From NCBI GenBank assembly GCA_963707985.1, contig CAVPRW010000032.1, positions 64,001-128,000 on the forward strand: a stretch of DNA of 64,000 nt, written 5' to 3'. Positions 44,833-54,050 of this stretch are shown here, one piece after another. Position 1 is the first letter of the stretch; each line of letters opens with the position of its first letter. The notes beneath the pieces are model-generated. The model saw nothing but the letters and a program-made list of their open reading frames with translations, did not search any database and was not told where the DNA came from. Made by a program: the position numbers and the translations under genes. This stretch comes from an uncultured Nitrospinota bacterium. GTDB taxonomy: Bacteria > Tectomicrobia > Entotheonellia > J063 > CAVPRW01.

Positions 44833-45641
44833 CTCCTCGTCACGGGTGACTCCAAAGAGGTACTGGAGCACCAGGTGAGGCCTGCCATGGAGGCGTTTCT
44901 GCACCCACGGGGCTTGGAACTCTCACCGGAGAAGACCAAGATCACGCATATCGACAACGGGTTCGACTTCCTCGGGTACAACTTACGCAAATACAACGGT
45001 AAGTTGATCATCAAACCGGCGAAAGCGAATATCAACGCCCTGCTGGCCAAGGTGCGAGAGGTGATTCAGTCCAACCCGACGGCGACAACGGTGAATTTGA
45101 TCCAGCACCTGAATCCGATCATTCGGGGGTGGGCCAATTACCACTGCCACGTCGTGGCGAAGAAGACCTTTCAACGAGTCGATACCTGCATCTATCTCGC
45201 CCTGCAACGCTGGATTAAGCGAAGACATCCGAATAAGAAGGCCCGCTGGCGGCGACAGCGTTACTTTCGCAGCCAAGGCTTTCGTCAGTGGATCTTTTCG
45301 ACCAACGTCCGGCAGGAAGATAGTAGCACCGGCTACCTTGACCGCTTCAAGGCCAGCAGTGTTGTGATTAGACAGCACATCAAACTCAAGGCGGAGGCGA
45401 CACCCTACGATCCCAAGTATACCGAGTATCTTGACCGCCGCAAGCGCTCAAGGCCAGTCAAGGTGTCAGCGTGGGATAACGGCGCGCTTGCTCCTTGAGG
45501 GGACGTGACTTCAGGCGATTCAGTGAACAGAATAGCTGGGTCGAGCGATCGGCCTTAGAAAGGCTTGAGCGGGGTGAGGGGAAACTTTCATGCACCGTCC
45601 TTAGGGGGGCACGGCACAGCAATGTGTCGTGCCTACCCGGC
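44833..45641 (+). mobile_element. Group II intron 3' remnant B (RT5-7, maturase, DV/DVI), chloroplast-like class
   Basis: LLVTGDSKEVL..RGLELSPEKTKITHI..GFDFLG..LNPIIRGWANY. DV GAGCGGGGTGAGGGGAAACTTTCATGCACCG at 45567; ends CTACCCGGC. Confidence 0.85.
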
Positions 45642-45679
45642 GTCACCAGCGGAAAACTTGTGTTGCAACCCTACGCATT

Positions 45680-46243
45680 TCAAGACCTTCTCCCTGCATG
45701 TTCATCGTCTCCCTGGTGAGCGGCGAGATAGCGATCAAAGGACCGCCGGGCAATACCAAGCCGCTGGCAGATACGCTGCACGGAGGTCATCTGGGCTTCA
45801 TACAGTTGGAGGGCCATCGCAAAGGTCTCTGGGGCGATCGCTCTGGGGCGTCTCCCATAATGGCCACGCTGGCGGGCGCTGGCCAGGCCGGCCATGGTGC
45901 GTTCCCGAATGAGATTGCGTTCGAGCTCGGCAAACGCACCCGTCACGTGCAAGAAAAATTGACCTGTGGGGGTCGTCGTATCAATCGCCTCCACCAAGCT
46001 TTGGAAGCCAACCCCACGCTCGTGCAACGTATTGACCACGTGAATCAGGTGACGTAACGACCGGCCTAACCGATCGAGCCGCCACACCACCAGGGTATCG
46101 TCGGGCCGCACCTACTCCAGGGCGGCGTTCAAGGCGGTGCGCTCGGCTGTCGCCCCACGTGCGACCTCTGCGAAGATTTTGGTACAACCACTCTGCAGCA
46201 ACGCATCCCGTTGCAGGTCGAGCCGCTGATCTGATGTAGAGAC
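45680..46243 (-). pseudogene. Serine resolvase/invertase, N-terminus removed at the IS6 end, internal TAG
   Basis: VSTSDQRLDLQRDAL..LE*VRPDDTLVVWRLDRLGRS..AELERNLIRERT..GRRP..HTH. Confidence 0.85.
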
Positions 46244-47153
46244 GGCGTTGTCAACTTATTTGCCACCCTACCCAACCCCTGACCAGTATGGCATAATCAC
46301 CCCTGCAATGACGGCGACAGGATCAACCGTATCGGCAAACGTAGAGGGAGCTAGGCATGCCTCTTCCAGCTACCCCTGAGCCCTACAAACACCATCGTTT
46401 TCCCGCCGAGATGATCAGCCACGGGGTCTGGCTCTATGATCGCTTCTGCCTGAGCTATCGGGATGTCGAAGAGCTGCTCTTCGTCCGTGGGGTTATGGTG
46501 ACCTACGAAGCGATTCGTCGGTGGTGCCTGACGTTCGGGCAAGCCTATGCGAATCAACTCCGCCGCCGGCGTCCTCGTCCGGGCGATAAGTGGCACTTGG
46601 ACGAGGTGTTCCTCACCATCCATGGCGAGCGCCATGACTTGTGGCGGGCGGTGGATCAGGATGGCAACGTCCTGGATATTCTCGTGCAAAGCCGCCGAAA
46701 CAAAAAGGCCGCGAAGAAATTCTTCCGCAAGTTGCTCAAGGGCTTGACGTACGTACCACGGGTGATCATTACCGACAAACTGAAAAGTTATGGCGCCGCG
46801 AAGCGGGAGATCCTACCTGGGGTGGAACATCGCCAACACCGCTATCTCAACAACCGCGCAGAAAATTCGCACCAGCCCACCCGTCAACGGGAGCGGCGGA
46901 TGCAGGGGTTTAAGTCCGCCGGGCATGCGCAACGCTTCCTCGCCGCGTATGGTCCGATTGCCCAACACTTCCGCCCGCGTCGGCATCGGTGTTCCGCCCG
47001 AGTACCGTCAAGTCATGCGGGCAAGATGCCAGGTGTGGGAGGAGATCACGGGCACAGGGATGGCTGCCTAAGGGCAGTATCAAGCCGAAGCGACTCCGCT
47101 CTCGTCCCTCTCTTCTCTCCAGACGAGATCAACACGAATAAGTTGACAACGCC
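46244..47153 (+). mobile_element. IS6-family element (910 bp), transposase 46357-~47071
   Basis: Perfect 17-bp IRs GGCGTTGTCAACTTATT. Motifs WHLDEV, WRAVDQDG, ITDKL, LNNRAENSH. No 8-bp DR. Confidence 0.92.
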
Positions 47154-47191
47154 GAAAGGAGGCGCCGTCGATCGGCGCCTCACTACCCGTC

Positions 47192-47950
47192 TCAGCGTAT
47201 GGCTGTTGCGGGTTGATGTGCTCGGAGGAAGTCGCGTACCTGTTGCACCGTCTTCACGTAGAGGTCCTTGGGCTCTCGCCACGGATACACCGTCACTTCA
47301 GCCTTGGGCGCCAGCGCCGCAATGTCCATGGCGACCTGGTAGGGGTGTCCCGGCGTGTCGTCGGGCATCACCAGCATCGGGGTCTGGCAGGAGCGCGCGA
47401 AGTCCCGCGACACGCTGTAGACGAAGTCGGGCTGGACGCGGAAGAGGTTATGGAGGTAGGCCTCGAGGGTCTCCATGGTCACGTCCGGCCGCCGGGCCAG
47501 CAGTGCGGGTGCCCAGTTATCACGGCCCCCGTTGTACATGTGATCCGGGAGCTCCGGCCGATGCCCGACCGGCTGGCAGAGCACGCCGGCCACAACGCGC
47601 TCGGGGGCCCGCTGCATGAGCTTGAGGGCAAACGGGCCACCGATGCAGTAGCCCATGAAGAAGAAATCCCGGATGCCGAGGTGGTCCATCAGCCCGAGCT
47701 GGTCGTCGGCGAAGGCGCCCCAGGGGTCGTCGACCGGGACCGGGCCGCTGGACTCGCCGCCGTTGGCGTTGCGCTGGTCCATGGTGATGCAGCGGAAGTC
47801 CTGCGTGAACGCCTCCATCGCGTTGATCACCGCGGTCGGCCAGTTGCTGACGCGGGAGTTCAAACCCCCACCGGGGGTGACCAGCAGTGGGAAGCCGGAG
47901 CCAGCCTCCTCGTAGCGGATGCGGACGTTTCCTCTTTCATAAAACGGCAT
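47192..47950 (-). CDS. Alpha/beta hydrolase
   Basis: GSGFPLLVTPGG, MDQRN, GYCIGG (Cys at the nucleophile elbow). Confidence 0.88.
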   Translation of the reverse strand: MPFYERGNVRIRYEEAGSGFPLLVTPGGGLNSRVSNWPTAVINAMEAFTQDFRCITMDQRNANGGESSGPVPVDDPWGAFADDQLGLMDHLGIRDFFFMGYCIGGPFALKLMQRAPERVVAGVLCQPVGHRPELPDHMYNGGRDNWAPALLARRPDVTMETLEAYLHNLFRVQPDFVYSVSRDFARSCQTPMLVMPDDTPGHPYQVAMDIAALAPKAEVTVYPWREPKDLYVKTVQQVRDFLRAHQPATAIR

Positions 47951-48053
47951 GGCAGTCTCCTCACAGGGGTGTGCACGAAGGCCGATGTCCGAGGCGATGT
48001 CTCAGCGCGAGCATACCATCTCGGAAAGGCAATTGTCTATGGGATGAGTTTTA

Positions 48054-49366
48054 GGTGGTGTCCCTCAGTTACCTTGATACATCGGTTCAGGTTGAGGAAA
48101 GAGGTGTTCCAATTGGTCGAGTTGATCAACAAATCGTGCCGGAACGCGATACGACAGCCGCTCGTCGGTTGTCCACACATGGTCGGTCAAGCCAGCTGCC
48201 ATGGCCGGTGTGCGGGGCTGCCAGCGGCGCGGTGATCCTGTCCCGCGGGTCGGTTCAACCCTCGGCCATTCCTGCCCCAAGCTCGCATGGGGCAACACCA
48301 CATGCGTGTATGCCAGCGACAGCCACAGCTGTTTTTCCAGCCATGGGAGCTCTTTGCTGAACGCATTGGTCTTGCGCGTCAGTCGACGATGGTGTTGACG
48401 AAGCGCCAGATTCTCGCGTTCGACAACGCGGGTATTTATGTCGCGCTCGTGGGGAGGGTGGCCAAGAGCGCAGCACGATGTTGGGCGTCTCCAAACACGA
48501 CGTGCTGGTTGACCGCCACCACGCGACCCCGTTCGCGGGTCTTCACCACTTGGGCAGAGCGCAACTCTTGGTGGGGCACACGCCGGGGATGGGGGTGCGG
48601 GCCCCGTGTGCCACGCCGTGGCGGCTGGTACCATTCTCCATACACATGCAGCAAGGCAGTGCGGTATTCCGCCAGGTGATCACGGGTAAAAAAGGGGATG
48701 AGGTCTGTGGTGACAGGCGCGACCCGCGCCAGCAACTAATTGGCTTCAGCTGGCGTGCGCGTGCCGACGACAACGGCCACGACCAAGCGCCACGCTGGAG
48801 CAAAGGCCACCCAGACCCAGGCATCGCCATCGGTGTCACGATCAGTTTTCGCCCACGCGAGAGGCTCGTCTTTCGTCTGGACAACACGGCCACCGCTCGT
48901 CCAACTGACACGCGCTGAGGGGCAGCTGTGGCCACCAATACAGGGTCACCAGTCGACACTGCTGGGCGGCGCGATCGAGCCAGGTACACACGGTATCCTG
49001 ATCCACCTGATCCACCTGGATGATCCGCGCGGTCGCCCGGATCGAATGGCCCTCCGCCAAGGCGCGAATGGCCAGTTCAAACAGGGCCGGGTCAGGCTCC
49101 ACATCGACATCAGGGGTTCCGTAGGTCAAGGCGATGCTCCTCCCACACGCGCGACACAGGGCTTGGCGCTGGCCCCGTGTGGTCCCATTCTTGACCAACC
49201 GGCTGTCGCCAAAGCGTACGCCGTAAAACAGACAGTGCAGATTTGGACCATATCAGGTTTCCCAGTCCATGTGATCCTCGGCTTCCCGTCTGATCTTGGT
49301 TCGGCCGAGGAGACCGTATTCGGTGATGCATGATGAACGCCATCAAGGTAATAGAGGGACACTACC
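48054..49366 (-). mobile_element. IS1-family element, decayed
   Basis: 25-bp IRs with 3 mismatches (48054-48078, 49342-49366). Motifs VKNGT..QALCRAC, QLDE, ERENLALRQ..RLTRKTNAFSK, TPAMAAGLTDHVW. Confidence 0.82.
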
Positions 49367-50113
49367 CATTCCTGCCTTGTGACTCAATATCCCTTTGACG
49401 AGGACACGAAACAGATAAAAAATAAATTGGTGAAATTAGCTGCTGTGGAAGGAGCTTATTGGCGGAACTGGCATCCTCTTGTGGTTTTGTGACCAGGCCG
49501 AGCTAAGGTGCTGGCCTGCGCTCTGGATTTAGCACGGGGACGAACTCTAGCCCCTGTTCTTAAGCTGTTTCAGAATGGACCTTTTACCGGACCGCTTGAC
49601 TGGGCTATGGTTCCGCTCAAAGAGGACTGGTCCTGGAAAGCCGTGCTGGAAGATCGAGGCTTGCACTCCCCTTTGTTAGAGGCATTGTGCGATGTGCTTC
49701 AACCGATCCCGCGCCCTCAGTGGTGGGAGGCGCTCCGCCTCCACAGCCTGTTGCTGATACCCAAACGAATCACATTGACTGATCCACTTGTATGGAGACG
49801 CACTGAAGAGGCCTTTGCGAGCCATTGCGCGGCTGAAGTAGATTGCCAGCACGCAGCTTCGCAACTTCTATTCGACGTGTGGCTGTGGTTGGCAGGCTGC
49901 CATGACAACCCAGACCAAAGCCCGTTCGCTTCCCTGGCTCAGTTGACGCATCGGATTGACACTCCACCGCTACGCCTTGCACACTGCATCCGTGATCTAG
50001 CATACGGCGCTGAATCCAGGGTAGATGATCTGATTGCCATGGTACACTCGACAAGTCCTGAATATTGTAGGTTGCTTGAAGAGGTGTTTTGGCGGGCTAA
50101 GCAGGAGGTCTAG
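49367..50113 (+). pseudogene. C-terminal remnant of a large helical protein truncated by IS1
   Basis: Frame open from the IS1 end except for one TGA (49490); no start codon context. Confidence 0.45.
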
Positions 50114-50130
50114 ACCCCTCACGGCGCTAT

Positions 50131-51031
50131 TTGAGCCTCCCCATCATTCTGGAGACCAGAAAGCTCCAAATCGAGGCAGAGGAGATTTTGGTATCGACCT
50201 GGGGTGTCGAGCAGATCAAAGCGCTATCCGTCTGGGGTGCCTATGGTGCCCGCGGCAAAGGAATAACGATCGGACTATTGCACACGGGCATAGATGCCAA
50301 GCATCCAGACCTTCAAGACAAGGTGACGAATTGGGCTGAGTTTGACTTCCTTGGGAACGAGGTCGCTGGATCCACGCCGCATGACACCGATGAGCATGGC
50401 ACACACTGCGCCGGCACGCTGGTTGGTGCAAACGCCTCGGGGCGGTTCATTGGCGTGGCGCCTGAGGCAAAGCTGGCAGCGGCGTTGGTACTCAATGGTG
50501 AGGATGGGGGTACCGACGCTCAAGTCCTCGCCGGTATCGATTGGGCCGTAGACACTGGGGTGGACGTCATCAGCCTCTCAGTTGGAGGACTGGTCATGGA
50601 CGCCGAAACACCACCAACGTATACGGAGGCCATCCTCACCTGTCTAGAGGCAGGCATCCCAGTGGTCATAGCGATCGGCAACGAAGGGCAACAAACGACT
50701 GGTTCGCCGGGTATCGATCTCTTTGCACTCAGCGTCGGCGCCACCGATCCCCAGGCACGCGTAGCTGGCTTCCTCGGGTGGCCGAACCCAGATCATTCGT
50801 GAGAGCGATTACATTGACGCAGCCTACCTGCCGTTGGCCTATTCCAAACCTGATTTGTCAGCGCCTGGGGTCGCCATATACTCAAGCGTGCCTGGCGGGG
50901 GATGGAAGTCTTTCAGTGGCACATCGATAGCCACCCCTCACGTTGCTGGGGCCATTGCGCTGTTGCTGAGTGCCACCAGTATTAAGGAAAAGAAGCGGGC
51001 GCTAACCGGGCCTACCTCATCCAGGACCTGA
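50131..51031 (+). pseudogene. Subtilase (S8) catalytic domain remnant
   Basis: LLHTG (Asp replaced by His), [32 protein letters not shown]; frameshift at ~50775. Confidence 0.8.
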
Positions 51032-51098
51032 TCTGTGGGTCAGTCATGACACCCGAGAGCTCATCGTAGAAGCCAGGCTGCCGGCTCGTAAGGTAACG

Positions 51099-51341
51099 AT
51101 GCAGAAACGCGCTGACGGACGCGTGGTCCCTGACGGGATAAATGGCTCAGCTGCGTCCGATCGCAATGCTGTGTTGGCGGAATTACATGCCTACCTCTCT
51201 GATAAGCTGGACATTCCCCCCGTATTGCTCAAGGCTGCGGGAGCCATTGCTGTCAAAGCAACAAGCCAACAAGTCCGACAATTTGCCGAGCATCCCCTGG
51301 TCAAAGCCATCCGACCTAACCGCAGGTTAGGTCATACCTGA
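51099..51341 (+). CDS. Small protein or fragment resembling a subtilase prodomain/I9 inhibitor
   Basis: LLKAAGAIAVKATSQQVRQFAEHPLVKAIRPN resembles prodomain C-termini. Confidence 0.4.
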   Translation: MQKRADGRVVPDGINGSAASDRNAVLAELHAYLSDKLDIPPVLLKAAGAIAVKATSQQVRQFAEHPLVKAIRPNRRLGHT

Positions 51342-51714
51342 GCATAACTCGTCCTGGCTATAGGGCAAAGGATCGAGAAGCTTTTATCCGAATGCCTCAT
51401 TAGCGCTTACTGCCGTGATAGTGCCCTGTAGATGTCCTGAGCTAATGTAGGATCAGCCGTATCAAGGGGCTGATAACGCGCCAGCGTTTGCGCGTCCACG
51501 GGGGATTGCGTCGATGCCCACGGGCTGATAGAATCGCTTATCTTCTCACCCACGAACCATGGTTACCCGGTCCCAGTGAGACGTCAGCGAGACGACTCGC
51601 ACAGCATCATTTCTTGCGATGAGACAAATCGCGTTCAAGTGCTCGCGGCAGCCATGCGGTTCACCTGCGATGGCTGCTACCAGCCAGTTGATCCTGGAAG
51701 GTGGAGGGAAAGGG

Positions 51715-53944
51715 ATGGCTGCCTACCACGTCATTGGACAACCAATTCCACGAGTGGATGGGAGTGACAAGGTGACGGGCCACGCCCGTTACGCAGCGGA
51801 TATTTCCCTTCCCGGCACCCTCTGGGGCAAGTCCCTGCATAGCACCTATGCCCACGCCCGCATCGTCCGCATCGACACCACGGCGGCGCAGAAGGTCCCT
51901 GGCGTACACGCGGTCATCACTGGCGCTGACGTGCGCGGAGGGCTGTGGGGCCGGGGGGTCAAGGATGTGCCCGTCCTGGCCTACGATCGGGTGCGCTTTT
52001 TTGGCGAGCGCGTGGCAGCCGTCGCGGCTGACGACGAGGATATCGCGCAGCAGGCCCTCGACCTGATCCAAGTCGAATATGAGGAACTGCCGGCGGTGTT
52101 TGAGCCGCTCGACGCACTTAAGGACGATGCACCGATCCTGCATCCCGACTTCAACACCTATGTTGGCTTCCCGCAGCCAGATGGCGCAGCCCTCCAACGT
52201 CTACCACAGGACCTCCTTCGACAAAGGCGACATCGCGCACGGTTTCGCCGAGGCCGACATCGTTATTGAGCACACCTATGTCACTCAACGGATCCACCAG
52301 GGCTATATCGAGCCCCAGGCCGTCCTCGTGAACCTCGACGAGAGCGGCCGGGTGCATGTCTGGGTGTGCAGCAAGGTACCCTATAACACACGCGAGTCCC
52401 TCGCCACCGCAGCCGGGATTCCAGAGGAGCAAATCCTCTTCCACCATGTCTATATCGGTGGCGACTTCGGCGGCAAGGGCAATTCCAGGAACACCCCGAT
52501 CTGCTACTTCCTCGCCAAGGCCACCGGCCGGCCGGTGCGCATGGTCTCGGACTATACCGAGGAACTGTTCGCGGGTAACCCCAGACATTCGGTCGAGGTC
52601 CGCCTGAAAACCGGCCTCAGGCACGATGGAACGCTCACGGCCCATCAGGTGCATTACTTGGTCAATTCCGGAGCCTATGCAGCCTTCAAACCGGCGGGCA
52701 TTATCGGCGGCTATAACCAGGCGGCTGGCCCCTATCGCGTCCCGAACTGCCGGATCGAGTCGACCTTCGTCTACACCAACACCCTTCCGTGCGGCTTCAT
52801 GCGTGCTCCCGGGGAACCTCAGGCGGTGTTTGCTCTGGAGTCTCACATTGACGAGATCGCGCGCCAGCTGAGCCTGGATCCGCTGGAGTTTCGTCTCAAG
52901 AATCTCATCGTCGACGGCGAAGAGACGGCCTCCGGCGAGCGCTTCGAGCATGTTCGGGTACATGAGACCCTGCGGGCGGCGGCTGAGGCCGCAGGCTACC
53001 ATCAACCCAAGGTGCCGTTCGTGGGCCGTGGCATCGCCATCGGCGACCGGCCGGCCGGAGGTGGTGAAGCGACCGCGGCCATCACCTTAAAATCTAACGG
53101 CAGGGTGATCCTGGGCACGCCGATCTTTGATCAGGGCACTGGGACATATACCACCCTGTGTCAGGTGGTAGCGGAGGAGCTGCAGGTGCCGCTGGAGCGC
53201 ATCCAGGTGGAGATCTGGGACACGGACGCGATTCCCTTCGACTCAGGCGTGGCCGGCAGCCGGGCGACCCGCATCAATACGATTGTCGCCTATGAAGCGG
53301 CTCAGGAGACGAAACGGCAGTTATTCCGGCTGGCGGCACGAGCGCTTGGCTGGCCGGAAGACGCGTTGACCTTAGCCGGAGATGAGATCCGCCGGACCGA
53401 CCAGGACGTAGCCATACCTTGGACCGCCCTACTTGCCCGCACGGGTGAAACGGTCACTGGCCGGGCGCACATCGAGGAGCGTGGACGTTCTCACATCACC
53501 TCATTCGCGGCGCAGATTGCTGAGGTCTCGGTCGACCCCGAGACCGGACAGGTCAAGGTGCTGCGCTATACCACGGCTCATGATGTTGGCCAGATCGTCA
53601 ACCCCATCGGTCACCAGGGCCAGATCGACGGCTCCATCATGCAGGGCGTGGGTTATGGTTTGATGGAGGAGTTACAGGTCGAGGACGGCCGTGCGATGAA
53701 TCTCTCGTTCGGGGAGTACAAGTTACCGACCATGCGCGACGTGCCGCCGCTGACGACGGTGCTGGTGCAGTCGGAAAACGGGGTAGGCCCGTATCACATC
53801 AAAGGCATTGGGGAGAGTCCACTCACACCGGTGGCGCCGGCGATCGCCAATGCAGTAGCGGATGCTATCGGGGTGCGCATTCGCGACCTGCCGCTGACGT
53901 CGGAAAAGATCTATCGCGCGCTCCTGGACCACACGCCGGGCTAA
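51715..53944 (+). CDS. Xanthine dehydrogenase family Mo-binding subunit (one extra base at ~52178)
   Basis: PRVDGSDKVTGHARY, IGGDFGGK, MRAPG, DQGTG, AGSR, KGIGE. Confidence 0.9.
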
Positions 53945-54050
53945 TACGCGTGGTGGCAGCGCGGGGTTTTCCATGTCGAATAGGCGATCTGCCGCAACCG
54001 TAAGGCAGTCCTTTCATCTTCAGCAAAACAGCGTAAGGGGAACTGCATTG

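Noticed and set aside
44330..45641. RT fragments as the DGR or retron RT serving the TIR-CLec gene
   Set aside because: Both have maturase domains and DV/DVI RNA structures of group II introns, and lack the N-terminal RT domains.
46357..47619. 420-aa extended IS6 transposase
   Set aside because: A frameshift near 46995 causes read-through past the right IR; the normal stop is at about 47071.
49490..49492. In-frame TGA in the helical remnant as recoding
   Set aside because: No redox motif or SECIS-like hairpin, and the gene is truncated by IS1.
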